64,000 bases of DNA, taken from assembly GCF_009914755.1 (NCBI RefSeq), contig NC_060928.1. The stretch is one strand, 5' to 3'. The notes under the pieces are model-generated. The model was not told the origin of the DNA and ran no database searches. It saw only the letters and a program-made list of their open reading frames with translations. The stretch is from the human T2T-CHM13v2.0 reference genome, Homo sapiens. Positions within the stretch are counted from its first letter, which is position 1. Each line of letters begins with the position of its first letter. A program made the position numbers and the translations under genes. This document shows, one piece after another, positions 42,511 to 60,755 of this stretch.

Positions 42511-44309
42511 CAGAGCAATTAAAATGTAACAATAAAATGGAAACTTTCATGGATAAGGTGAGATCTCAGTTTATGAAACAGAGAAAAAGTTTGGCAATAA
42601 GAAAAATACAATTCTAGGAATAATACATTGTTACAATTTAAGATTTCTTCTCTGTTTCTATATGTGTTGTCTGGCCATGCTAATCCTCTCTCAGCCAGTG
42701 TGCCTGCCTGTTGCATGTTTTGCACTGTATCTGGTATTGAATCTGATGTGGTCTGGTAAACTATTTTGACCCATGATACCTGCCTTAAGATGTTTAAGTG
42801 ATAGGACTGGACTGTAAAAAAGAACCAAAGAAAATGTTTCAAGCAGAATGTTAAATAGACCTTTTATTGTGGTTGGAGGCACGTTTTAGGAAATGGACAA
42901 GGAGATAAAGACAGCAGGAATTTCTGGAAACATTATAACTGTAAAAAGCATCAGAAATATCTCTGATCCTGCACTATTTGAACAGCCATAGTAAAGGTAG
43001 TTGGAGCTGGTCATGAGTTTAGGTGATTGAAGAAAAATATAAACAGCTGCCAGTGAAAGATGCTAGGATTGCATCACCATAGAGACAACACTACAATGCC
43101 TCTAAGGAGCTCTGATTCACCTCTCCAATTTTCAGGAATTCATCTTTCTATTAAAAGAAGTATGTGAGCATAGTTGTACTGACATGTTCCTTTTGAGAGA
43201 TGGTTAATTATTGTTTATGTAATGAAGCTCATATCTGATGCTTTTCAAGCCTTATCTCTTTCTTCTCCCTTTATGTTTTGTACCATCCAGTCAAACCACG
43301 GTATTGATTGCTATCTGAACACATTTTCTGTCTTTATGTCTTTTCTCATGCTGTTCTGTCAGCTAGTATGCCCCTTCTCCCATCTCACTCCATCTGTTAG
43401 TGCCTGGGTGCAAGGCTGTCTCTTTTCTAAAGACTTTTCTGGTACTCCCAACAAAAAAATCTGTCCTTCCCTTGAATTCCTCTTCTTGTTTTTAATCTCT
43501 CTGATGGAATTCATGTATCAGCTTATGTCGTGGTTGTCTGTGTGTATCTTATCTCCACTATGTTAGAAAAATCTCCTTGAGTGTCTCATCCTAATATGAA
43601 GCAATATTTTATTAATCTAATTGTAATTTCTGTCTTGTCAACAGAAAACACTATGAGAGCAAAGAATAAAGATTTTCCAATATGTTATTTTTGCTTAATC
43701 TTTTTTAATGCTACATTTTAAAAATTATGTAATAGCATTCCGAAATGAGTGTTTGTATAACAATGATGAAATAAAAAAAATAAAGGAATGGAGTATATAC
43801 TTAAGAAACTATGGGTGCCAATAATAAAATTTCATCCAGTATATATTCAAAAAATTTTAGTCATTCTGCATTATATTCATTAGAGAATTAATCGGATAAA
43901 CCAAAATTATGACATTTGCGGACAAGTTGCTCAGAAACTGCAATATATAATAGGACAACATGTTAGGAATATAATAAGCTATTTCAGGTCCTTTCAACAA
44001 CTGTGCAAGATAAAAATTATTATTCAGTTTACATATACTAAAATCAAAGTTCATGAAAAGTAAATGACTTGCTCAAGGGCAGGTAGCTAATAAATATAAC
44101 CAACATTTCAGAGCTTGGCTTTAAAAATCCCACTCTTCAAAATTAACACAATAAATCTCAGAAAGAGATAAATGCGAAGCAACTACTGAGGAAGAGCTTT
44201 CTGCTTTACTTATCAATTGATTGATTCTTTTATTTGACAAATGTTTTTGAGTCCCATATTAGGCACTGTTCTAGAGGCTGGGATGCAGCAATGAACAGAT
44301 ATATTTAGG

Positions 44310-44920
<611 letters not shown>

Positions 44921-45271
44921 ACCAAAACCCTTATACACATAGTAACCTGAGAGTGATCTGTCATTACTGTTTGGCTGTAAACTGATTTAGCTGAATACAC
45001 AAAATAATCTTCAGTCCTTACCTGAGGTGCCTTTCCTTCCTACTTTCTCTCAGCTTTCAATCTCCTTCAAGTTTATAACAACTGTATACAAAAGAACATC
45101 TCCACTGTATTTTGATCACAATTCTCTTTTTGGCTCAAATAAGTTATTCATACTCCAGCATAATCAAATCGTGATGTCGGAGTAGGTACACAATATACAT
45201 TAATTATAGGAGAAAGGAGCTAAAAAAAAAAAAAGAAAATCATAGAAATAATTAAAAAATGAAGAATGATT

Positions 45272-45574
45272 GGCCGGGCACGGTGGCTGACGCCTTTAAT
45301 CCCAGCACTTTGGGAGGCCGAGGCCAGGGGATCACGAGATCAGGAGATTGAGACCATCCTGGCTAACATAGTGAAATCCCGTCTCTACTAAAAAATACAA
45401 AAAATTAGCTTGGCGTGGTGGCGGGCGCCTGTAGTCCCAGCTACTCGGGAGGCTGAGGCATGAGAATGCATGAACTCGGGAGGCGGAGCTTGCAGTCAGC
45501 AGAGATCGCACCACTGTACTCCAGCCTGGGCGACAGAACGAGACTCCGTTTCAAAAAAAAAAAAAAAAGAAGAA
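45272..45574 (+). mobile_element. AluY
   Basis: Full dimer, A-tail, TSD gaagaa(t/c)gatt at 45261-45271 and 45575-45585. Confidence 0.95.
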
Positions 45575-46996
45575 GAAGAACGATTTAAGTTTTATTAATA
45601 AAAGAATAGGAAATACGTATGTTTAGTCTTTTATATCATTAAGAATTAGAGTATTTTGTAATTAATGTAATTAGCTAATTTACTTATTCTTTTCAAAGAA
45701 GTAGGTTAACAAAGGTTTTTTCCATTTCCTATATACTTGTGATTTTAGGAGAAAAAAAAATTGCCTTGCAAAATGGCCAAAAGAATAAAAAGACTAAAAG
45801 AATAAAAAATGAAAGAATTAAAATAAAGTTATCTTGAAAAGAGAATGTCATAATACAGTTGAGAAAACAGGAAATTTGAAGGTTTGAGTTATCTCTCAGT
45901 AGCCGTTCACCCTTTTTTTTTATGAAATCTGGAAACTCGGAGATTGAAAAGATTTAGGAGAAAAAAATAGAACCAAATAGACAAGATGTGTTACTCATTA
46001 AGAGCCAACTATAGTTTACATTGCGTATTTTAGAATAGATTTAATTAAGGTGGTGGAGCAGTGTTCCTCAGGCCTTACTAATTAGCTAATAAAGCCCCCA
46101 TCACTTCTAATTGTCTCAAACAAAGATTATTACTACAAAAATGAAACAGTTGCTGCTGTAGGGAAATTCAGTGTTTCTTTAAAATAGCAACAATTGGACA
46201 ATGTAAACAAAGCTGTATCAGTGACTACCATGGAATAACTAGCTAATCTCATTTAAATTTGGTTAAAGAATTAGCAACATTGATATAAAAAAATTAATGA
46301 AGAATGACAGGAGTCATAAATGTCTACATATTTGAAGCATACTCAGGTAACCATATTCATGTCAACATTTTATAGTTAATTGCTTAATTGTTTAATTAAA
46401 TATCTCCTTTTCAACCAAAAAAAGACATCACATGGCTTCTGAACAGAGTTTTAAAAAGCAAATTAATGTAAATTAGAAGTTTTTGTCAAAAATAAGTGAG
46501 AAGCTAATAAACTGAACCAAATGTGATTATTTAAAACATTTCATAAATACCTATGTTCCAGATAGCTATTGCTGTCAAATCTGGTTGTCCTAGCCAATAT
46601 AAAGAGGGAAATCTAGCAAGTTAAATAATCTACTCTGTCTATAAATTTAAGATCAATTCAACATTTTAGGAAAAGCAAAACAATAATTAATCCAAATATC
46701 TAACATACATTTCTTTTGAAGATTCCCCCCAAAAGTACTATGAATATAACAAGAAACAACATACTCATTAACATATTTTTAGGATGTTTTGGAATCAAGT
46801 CTCTATGTATTCTTATGTGATCTAATTAAAGCATGATTCAATAATCTGGAATTAATCCAATGTCTGTGTATCAGCTCTCTATATATTTAGCTTACAATAG
46901 GGGTTTATTTCAGACTATTTGGGGTATGAACAAACTATACCTACTGATGACAATTTATTCACAGATATTAATCTTTTTGGTCTATTTTGTCTTCAG

Positions 46997-47084
46997 ATAT
47001 AGTTGATGATAGAGGATACGGATAATCTATCAATTGAAGCTACTCATCAGCGACAAACAAAATAATAGATTTTTATTTGAATTG
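46997..47084 (+). other. Candidate non-coding exon (88 nt)
   Basis: Acceptor tctattttgtcttcag|A, donor TTG|gtaagt; stops in all three frames. Confidence 0.3.
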
Positions 47085-49559
47085 GTAAGTTTTTTCACAG
47101 CCTAGTATTCTGTTTACTGATTTCATAAGGATTTCCTATTAAATTGAGAAACCAATGACCTGATGATTAGTCCTTGGGAAGGAAGGGGTGAGCAAAAGCA
47201 CATCTTTATTAATAGCTACTAAATATGAGTCATCACCTAAGTTATACACCTTTTATATGCAAATTAAAAATTCAGGAACAAACCTATTAATTTTCTATTT
47301 GTTAACAGATATTGGCAGTTGTACGTAATGGAGACACAATTAATTGTGTTTGAATGAAACAATGAATTCAAGTCACTTGCCCTGAATTTTACATTTTTTT
47401 AAATGGTGAAAGGCACATAACCAATAAGACACACATTCAGTATACTTCTAGATATTCTTAGAGTTAGTTGGGTGTTGAGGAATTTAAAATCTTTCTGATT
47501 AGAATTTATAACTTTTTTCTTTGTGATTTTATTTCATTGCATTTCTTTTTTTTTTCCTTTCCACCAAAAACAAAAGTCATACAAGGGAATAAGCTATATG
47601 TGAAATGTCTGTGTGACTAGGTTAATTACAAATTACAATGGTCAAAAAGATATAGGCTTGCAAGTTAAGTTTACAACACAGAATAGCACACATGTTATTG
47701 GAGGTCTGGAAAATCTAAATGAATGAATTATTTTGTATTGTGATGGCAGAAAAGCAAGAGTAGAAGAATCATGAATGTATTTCGATAGTCAGGCTTCAGA
47801 GTGATGATAGAGACGACTTCAGAGAAGTCATCTTGCATTCATGCTGCTACACTCCTGTCCTTCCTCCCCTCTCAATCAGCAGTTGTCAAGACAATAGTTC
47901 TTTGACTTTACAGAACCAGTCCATAGGCTCCTGTGTCTATCCTTGTTTTACCAGCAAGCTTTATATTAACTTTCTTCATATTCCAGCTTAGATATAATGT
48001 TCTAACACTTAAACATACTTCTGCGGTTATCAACTACCTTGCTTCACTGTCCCACTAGTATGTGAAGAGCTTGATTTAAAATGAATTGCTGAGTGAAGAA
48101 AGATAGTCTAGGTATAAAGTCTGTAAGATCAGGAATAATTATTGATTGAAGTATTTCAAATAGATTGTGTGAACATACACATATCTTATTATACGTCTAT
48201 TAATGCACTTGCATCAAATAATAAGTTTGGATTAGTGTTGCTAAAGATGTGCTAGGAAGATTCCACACAAACTTTGAACATAAATAGATGCCCTTTTCAT
48301 TCCTTTATTACACTGAGAAAACATAAAATTTGATGTTTTATAAAATCTCTCCTGGTTGCAATGACAGACATGTAACCAAAAAGATTGAAGATAATTTTAA
48401 CATTTATGTAGTTGAAAAGGTCAGTGATAGAACTAAATTTGGGTATTTCTGGATTCAGATGCTCAAACATCAGGAACCTGTCCACCACTAAATCCTGTTT
48501 TCCTTGACTTTGAATTCTTTCTCATTCAGACTCTTTTCATGCAGTTGATTTTCAAGATTTTATTCAGGATTTAACTTGACCAGCTTGGCAATGCCAGTGT
48601 ATTTAGTGTCTTTAAAGTGGCACTCTATGTAATTTCTGCAAAATTCCCAGATTTTAGTCTTATTGCCCTGAGTTGGGTTGCGTTTACATTCTGTAATGAA
48701 TCCTTGTGACCTTAGAAGAATGGTGCTACAAACTAACCTTAGCCAATATGATCATGCACAAGTATTAGATTCCTTTTGGTAAATGTCAGTAGCCTCTAAT
48801 AGTTAGAGGTAAGTAATGATTGTGAGTTCTCTTCCAACAATCTTGTACCAGGTATCAGTGAAAGCAAGTCTGGGAAATAATCCTGACAAATACAAGCAGA
48901 TACAACACTCTCAGACAAACTGTACTGTGACCTCAGTAAGACCCAGCTTTAGTTTTGGTACTTCAAATGTGACATTAATCTGGTGGGAAGATTCAGTTCA
49001 CCAGAGTTGTATGAGTTAGGCAAGCAAGAATCTTCTGGAGCAGGTAGATCAGCATAGGACCATTTAGAAATCAAACTGATGGTAACATTTCCAAAGGGCC
49101 TAGATTTCTCTCCTTGTTTGATTTTTAAGCTCTGTTAATTCAAGGGCAAAAAGCCTCTAAATTACTTCTACCCAAATCCATACATCTTCAAAACTACTAA
49201 TTCACTAATGAAAACCCATCTGTAATATCCATTGTGTTCATTAAACAACCAATAATGTCTGTAAAAAGCCAATTCAAGTGTGTAATTATGCTAATTAAAA
49301 AAAGTCTGGTGTTGATTGAAGATAAAGATAGTTGAAGTGCTACCATCAGCTGCCTTGGAGTGTGACCTTTGAAATAAAATCTGACTAACTATAGTTGGCA
49401 TCATGCATTCCCAGTTAGGGCAACCTGATCATGCTTAAGGGGTAGATTAAAACTAACATATACACATTTGCATCTCATTGTCTATGCTAAAATATTTTAA
49501 TATGAATTTTATACCAGGTAATAGTTCACTTCTAAATATTTCAGGATGCTTCCATAAAA

Positions 49560-50650
49560 AAGAATATCTTCTTTCATAGCCAAAATAAACAGGATCATAT
49601 CTAATAAAATGTATTAACCTTTCTTAATATTATCTAATACCCATCTAAATCAAATTCCCTTAGTTCCCCTCAATATGTCCTTTGATGCCTGTCTGAACTA
49701 AGATCCACATATTTCATCTTTTTGTTATGTTCCTTTAGTTTTTTCTTAAACAGCATCTTTTTGTGAAGAAGATCTCATAAGTTGAAGATTGTGGCAGTTG
49801 TCCTAGAGAATGTTTCAGGGCGAGGCATGGTGGCTCACACCTTGTATTCCCAGCACTTTGGGAGGCTGAGGCAGGAGGATGGCCTGAGCCTGGGAGTTTG
49901 AGACGAGCCTGGGCAACAAGGTGAGAGGCCAATCTGTATTAGAGAGAGAGAGGAAGCGAGAGAGAGAGAGTTAGTTTCACCTTTCTTATAGTGTGGATTA
50001 ATATTTTTCTTACATTTTCTGTAATTTTCTTACATTGGAGTTAAATTTAAAGGTTTGAGTTAAACAGAAACATTTTTAGCAGAAACATAATATGTGATGT
50101 TGTGTAGTTTATGAAGACTTTTAGTATCATTATGCAATTACAGATTTGTATAGATTCAATTAATATAGGTATAAATTTCTTTTCTCTTTTTGATGCTGGA
50201 GTTGTTCAGTTTGTTCTTTTACAGCTTTCTCTATATGGCTCTTTGGCTTCTATGACCTCATGACATGATCCATTTGATCTTTGAAAATGTCTTTTCTTTC
50301 TGACCCAGCGAGATGTTCTAGGTTCAACTTAGATCATCTCTGTTGTACACATGAAATTAGTCAATTCTTGGAGAAGCTCTGGTACTTGGTAAGTGGCGCT
50401 AGACACCAACATTTCAGCACTAGAAATAACATATTAGTTTTTCTGCCAGGATAACATTTGTCCTAATCCATTTTGACAGATATAAACAGGGTTAGAAAAT
50501 ATAAATGAATATCTAAAATTATGTGCATCATCACACTCTTCTTTCTTAATGTTTTTGATTCTTTAACTGAACTCTTCCCCTTATACTGAGAATCTTGATT
50601 TTCAAAAATATTAACAATCATTTGATTTATTTATATAATGAAAATATCTC
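49560..50650 (-). mobile_element. Old L1MC4/5-like 3' fragment
   Basis: agatgttctaggttca...aattagtcaattcttggagaagctctgg...ctagacaccaac resembles recalled L1MC 3' sequence. Confidence 0.45.
49819..49970 (+). mobile_element. FLAM (Alu monomer) with (GA)n tail
   Basis: Single arm ggcatggtggctcac...ggaggatggcctgagcctgggagtttgagac...ctgggcaaca followed by (AG)n. Confidence 0.85.
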
Positions 50651-53125
50651 AACATAAATATGTCAGTATTATCTCTAACAAAAAAATCTTTAGAATTTGA
50701 TTAAAAATTTTGTTGCAGTAATTTTTGTCTTTAAAAGGTATCACACCCTTTATACAGTGCTGTGTTCCAGAGTCATTTGTAGTAGTTCTGATCTCTATGT
50801 ATGAAGGTAAATATGGATATAGAGTTTAGTTCTATAATGAATCAAATTATATATATTAGCTCCAAGTGGTCAGTTTCTGCTTTTTACTATTTAAATTTTT
50901 AGTAATATTACAACATACATAACTTAATATATTCAAGTTTTACATTCTTATTTGCTTATTACATGAAAATTTAAAATTTATACTAAACATTTACAAAACT
51001 ACATGCTTTATTATTTGTCAAATAGTATACTGCATTCTTTTACCAATCTGTGGTGTTGTATATTATTACACCAATATTTGAAATTCCTAAATTAAAATAA
51101 ATGTCCTAGTTAATATTATCTGACAAAGAACTAGTTGCTAATTGGAAGATCCTTAAATTCCCCCCAATTTTCATGTGATTACAAAATAATTCTATATGTA
51201 AATACAAATTCCTATTTTTTTTCTGATATCCTCCTTTTAAAATCAAAAGAAGCATTTCTTCTATATATTTAATTTAATTTAATTATACATATTTAATATA
51301 GTCCTTATTTTAATTACTGGAAATCCTAGTATAGTGTAGAATTCCAAGTTCTTACAGGTCTTCAGGTAAATAAATAGTATTTTCTATTCTGATGTAATAT
51401 GCAGTTATATTTACTAAAGCAAAACTAAAGATAAGATACAATGAAATTGATGTTATACAGAAAAATGGTTAAAATTTATACTTTAAATCTTTTATTCAGA
51501 AATTTCAAAAAAACCATTATATACATTTATATTCTTAGAATATTTTACAAATTTTCTAAAACTTATTCTTAGGAAAACCCTGATTGTACAATTATAATAA
51601 GTTTTTATAAGACTTCATCTCAATTACAGTTCCGTGTTTGTATTTTATTCACTTCATATTCTATATATTTAGTTTTTATCAGAAATCTAGATTGTTCATA
51701 GAATTGAAGATATTACACGCTGCAAATTTTAATTTTTGGATTCTGTATCAACTGCACTCATATACACAGACAAAGGTAATGTTGCATTTAACTACAAATA
51801 TATTTTAAATGGATTGGTTTCATATTTTTATACATTTAAACCAACATGTGAAATATAAAAGGCAAGTAATGCAATCCTCTAGGTTTTTATTGTAGAAAAC
51901 CAAGAACATTAATTTAGTCTGTGTGTGAGTGTGGTGGGAGAAGGTTAATTTGACATATTTTTGTAGCTGTTCAGTCCAACATCAAGGATTTTGCTATTAG
52001 ATAAGATTTTAAAGTGTGTGCCAGTTTTTCTTATTATGCATATGTTTTCTTTTTCTGATTTTTCTTTTTTCGAGATCTTAGCCTTGTAACAAGCAGCCTG
52101 CATATCTTTTTCTTGGCCTACTGTCTCTTAATACTAGGCAAAATTTATATTTCCTTCTTTAGCTTAAGTTCATATTAGATAATTAAATTATTAATTTCAA
52201 ACTAGTTGATCATTATACATTTACAGCTTCTTAAAAACACATTTAAACAAATTATTATTTTGACCATAACTTTCTCTCACATATAGTATTCCAACAAACA
52301 TTTGAAACATTTGAGTATTTTCCACCAATTTAAATATTTAAACTTCTAAATATTAAAAATAATTTTAAGGTTGTTTTCTTAAATTATTTCTGAAACTCTG
52401 AGGTCTCTGAACATTATTTTTTTGTCATGAATGTATAATGCATGGTATGAATTAAGCACTCAAAATTTTTTGGAGGGAAGACATTTTCTTTCTGTACAAA
52501 TTTGCCCTAATTATTGACACAGAATTGCCAACTATTATATATATTTAAATTTTAATATGTAATCAATACTTATTTTCAGCAGAGGATTTTTTAAATAAAG
52601 CCTCTATCCCTGGCCTTTTATAAACTTTGTTTAAATTGAGGAGAGAGTAACTCACTTTTGTAAATTTCCAATAGTTTGAGTATCCTGACTTTAATGCTTC
52701 TGTATCCAAAGGGGGGAAAATCTTTTTCAGATGTTAAGTTTTTGGTTTTGTAATGTGATTTTCAATTCTTTAAATTAAAAATTTTAAACTATAGTTATTC
52801 CTTAAACTATTTAAGTCTCACTTGCTTCATCATTTTATTTACAAGCCTAAAAACGTTAACACTTCTATTTAAAGAACTTCAAATCAATGACCAACCGCAT
52901 CTTCAAGCTCAGTCAATTATACACTTACAGCGATTTGAAAATGCCTTAAAAATACAATATATTGGATGTCCTTTTCAAGTCCTTCAGTCGCCTGATTTAA
53001 CAACTGTTTGTGACTACTCAAAATGGTTTTGGAATCACAGTAAACCCCCTTCTCCTGGGACTTGTCTGGTCCATATAACCAGGCCAAGCATCCCCTTCTT
53101 TCTTTGGCCTGAATTTCTGCGATAG

Positions 53126-53710
<585 letters not shown>

Positions 53711-54899
53711 TAATAAATGCTATTATGTTGGATTTGAATTACTTTTTCGGTTTTTTCCTTAACTATGATCAAGTCAATAAAAAGAAAATAATACTGAATT
53801 TTAACAAATGCAGTAAATTCAGTGTCTGTTTAAACATCTTTATTTAATAGAATTTCTCCTTGTGTCTCTCTCTCTCATTTCACACTTGCCACTTCCAGAA
53901 AACTTAAGTGGTACAGAGAACGTACTTCCCCTTTCAATTTTTGTTTTAATATTAGAGCTGCCCAAAGAAGAAATTAGAATTTTTGGCAGTCATGCTCTTC
54001 TTGTCAATGAACAGTATCAGCACAAGCTGGATCATTTATGATCAAAGAGATTGTAGAGGGGACTAAAGTATCAGCTGTCTTGTTTGTGAAAATGACTTCT
54101 AGGATTTATTCTAACACAGAAATGTCATAGTTTTTGCATGTCTCCAAATATATTATCAGGTCTTATTGGTTAAATTCATCTTATATTTCACCACTTCTTT
54201 GTCAATGTATAATATCCTGCATTGAGTTTGTTTTCTTTTTTGTTTTCATGTGTATTTCCCGAACTTGATAGTGAGCTCCTTAAGAGAAGAAAATTTATGA
54301 TAGGGTCTTTTGTGTCCTGAACAGGCAGCATAGTACCTAATATATAGTAAATAATAGATTAATATGTGTTGAAAGAATAGAAGAAGACATGCAAAGAAAA
54401 TATAAAGAAAAGAAAAAAAAATCAAAATCTTTGGATAATTTGTTGGGGCAAGACAATCTTTATGCCAGCTCAGAAATCCCACCAACTAATACCTTAGATA
54501 ATAAAAAGATGGCTTTTTTTATAGAGAAGAATTTATGTATTTAATATATACATCCCATGTTATCAAATATGTAAAAACTCAATGTTAAAAAATGCATTCA
54601 ATGCCTGACAAACCACATGTGGTTCAGTTTATTTTAAAAATGATCTAGAAGACAATGAACGATTTTTCATTGATATCAGGAACAGGAAATAATATATAAA
54701 GGTAGTAGACATGAGAGCATTTTGCCAAAATATATTTTATAAAATTGTAAATTTCTACCTAGATAAAAACTTCAACATCCAACCAAAAATAGAGGATTAA
54801 ATTTTTAAGTGTTCTAATCTAGAAATGACTGGTGATAGGGCACAAGGAAAATACTGCTGAATAAATACTAGAAAAAGCTAATTAAATAGGATGGTCTGA

Positions 54900-55228
54900 C
54901 CATTATGCAGAACCCTGGAGTAATGGACTAGTTTCAGCTGCAGAAAACCACCTCACCTAATGTCAAGCCCTTTCTCACTGCAGCTTATATCAGTGATGCA
55001 TCTTTCAGGGACTGTGAAGACCGGGCCATTGTAGCCCAACCAGGGACAACGCTGCCCTTTTAGCTCTAAAACTTCCTGAATGGTTGTCCAAGGTTGTGAG
55101 GCCTGCTTCACGGCTCAATTCCTCTCCCTATCCAATCCCCCTTCCTTTCTTTCCCTTCCTTACCTTTAACATGTACATATGAAACTCCTTCTCAATGTCT
55201 GCATCTCAGAGAATCCAATCAGCAATAG
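54900..55228 (+). mobile_element. LTR16-family (ERVL) LTR
   Basis: cagggacaac...ctcaattcctctccctatccaatcc...tctcaatgtctgc..cagagaatcca resembles the LTR16 3' half. Confidence 0.45.
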
Positions 55229-55829
55229 AAGCCATCACTGTTCTTGTAGAAATCACTGTTAATCAAAAAAGCCAACTTCTGACAATACTGTAGAAAACAT
55301 TCAACTTAGGACTTATTATTTTAAGGTGCTATATAACATCAAAGCTATTTTTTATTACATGAAAAGCTGTAAACAATATATATTATCACAATTAAAATGT
55401 CTAAACAAAACATTCATACTTTAAAATTCATTCTGCATCTTTCTCGTACTTGTTATTTTTGACAAAAACACATCATCTAATAGGTATTATAATTCAGTCC
55501 TAGTTTCTTCTCTCGGCCTTATCACTTCTTAGCAAAATGTAAATTAATCTCTTTGTAGTAGCGTTTCTTGAGCTGTAAAATTAGGGCTTAGCTAACTTCT
55601 TGCCTTTTTAATACAGTTCGTAGAAGTCAAACTTTTGTGCAACTGCTTCAAAAATTTTAAAACCTACGTAAGTGCAAGGAGATTTCCTTAACAGTGTAGA
55701 AAATATCTACTGTTAATGCTCACTTTGAAGGAATTCTAAGTACCATTAAAATATTGTATCTGCTAGGATAAAAAAGGTTTTCCACAGAAGCTGAATATGA
55801 GAATTGAAAGGTAAATTTTAATTAAAATG

Positions 55830-56455
55830 CGGCTTTATTCCTAATCTATTCTACAAGGCTAGCATTACCTTAATACCAAAGCCAAACAAAGACAATACAA
55901 GTAAGAAAATTACAACCAACATTCCTATGAACATTCGTGTAAAAATTCTCAACAAGATACTAGCAAATGGACATAAACAGTATATTAAAAAGATTAAATA
56001 TCATGACCAAGTGGGATTTATTCCTGGAATGCAAGGATGGTTCAAGGTACAAGAACCAATTGATATAATACACAACATTGACAGTACGAAGGAAAACAAC
56101 ATGTGATGATCTCGATTGATATGGAAAAAAATTGACAAAATTATTCATCCTTTCATGATAAAAAAAACACACACAACAAAATAGTAATAGAAAAAATAAA
56201 GATCTTAACATAATAAATAGAAAAGCCCACAGTTCACATTATGATGGTGAAAACTTACAGCATTTCCTTAGGATCAGCAAGTAACAAGAGAAAGATTTTT
56301 TATAACTTCTATTCATTTTTATAACATTCTATTCAACATAGTAATAGAAATCTTAGCCAGAGCAATTAGGTATTAAAAGAAAATAAAAGGCCGTCAAATT
56401 GGAAAGGAAAAAGTAAATTTATCTCTTTTTGCGGATGACATGATGTCATTTATTT
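55830..56455 (+). mobile_element. Old L1MB ORF2 fragment (5' part of the host element)
   Basis: ttctacaaggctagcattacc...gaccaagtgggatttattcctggaatgcaaggatggttcaa...tttgcggatgacatgat (decayed RT up to FADDM). Confidence 0.85.
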
Positions 56456-56789
56456 ATTTTTTTATTTTTATTTATTGATTGTTATTATACTTTAAGTTCT
56501 AGGGTACATGTGCACAATGTGCAGGTTTGTTACATATGTATACATGTGCTACGTTGGTTTGCTGCATCCATTAACTCATCATTGACATTAGGTATTTCTC
56601 CTAATGCTATCCCTCCCCAATAACCCCACCCCACAACAGGCCCTGGTGTGCGATGTTCCCCACCCTGTGTCCATGTGCTCTCATTGTTCAAGTCCCAACT
56701 CTGAGTGAGAACATGTGGTGTTTGGTTTTCTGTCCTTGTGATGATTTGCTGAGAATGATGGTTTCCAGCTTCATCCATGTCCCTACAAA

Positions 56790-60077
<3,288 letters not shown>

Positions 60078-60079
60078 TA

Positions 60080-60737
60080 TTCATTTCCAGCCAAACTAAG
60101 CTTCATAAGTGAAGGAGAAATAAAATCCTTTACAGACAGACAAATGCTGAGAGATTTTGTCACCACCAGGCCTGCCTTACAAGAGCTCCTGAAGGAAGCA
60201 CTTAACATGGAAAGAAACAACTGGTACCAGCCACTGCAAAAACATACCAAATTGCAAAGACCATCGATGCTAGGAAGAAATTGCATCAACTAATGGGCAA
60301 AATAACCAGCTAACATCATAATGACAGGATCAAATTCACACATAACAATGTTAACCTTAAATGCAAATGGGCTAAATGCCCCAAAGTAAAAGACACAGAC
60401 TGGCAAATTGCATAAAGAGTCGAGACCCATCAGTGTGCTGTGTTCAGGAGACCCATCTCATGTGCAGAGACACACATAAGATCAAAATAAAGGGATGGAG
60501 GAAGGTGGAAGCAAATGGAAAGCAAATGGAAAGCAAAAAAAGCAGGGGTTGCAATCTTAGTCTCTGATAAAACAGACTTTAAACCAACAAAGATCAAAAG
60601 AGACAAAGAAGGGCATTACATAATGGTAAAGGGATCAATTCAACAAGAAGAGCTAGCTATCCTAAATATATACGCACGCAATACAGGAGCATCCAGATTC
60701 ATAAAGCAAGTCCTTAGAGACCTACAAAGAGACTTAC
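60080..60737 (+). pseudogene. Inverted L1 segment: ORF1 C-terminus, spacer and ORF2 endonuclease N-terminus
   Basis: PAKLSFISEGEIKSFTD...ERNNWYQPLQKH; atgacaggatcaaattcacac (MTGSNSH); KAGVAILVSDK; broken by a frameshift and a short duplication. Confidence 0.9.
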
Positions 60738-60755
60738 ACATGATCTCATTTATTT

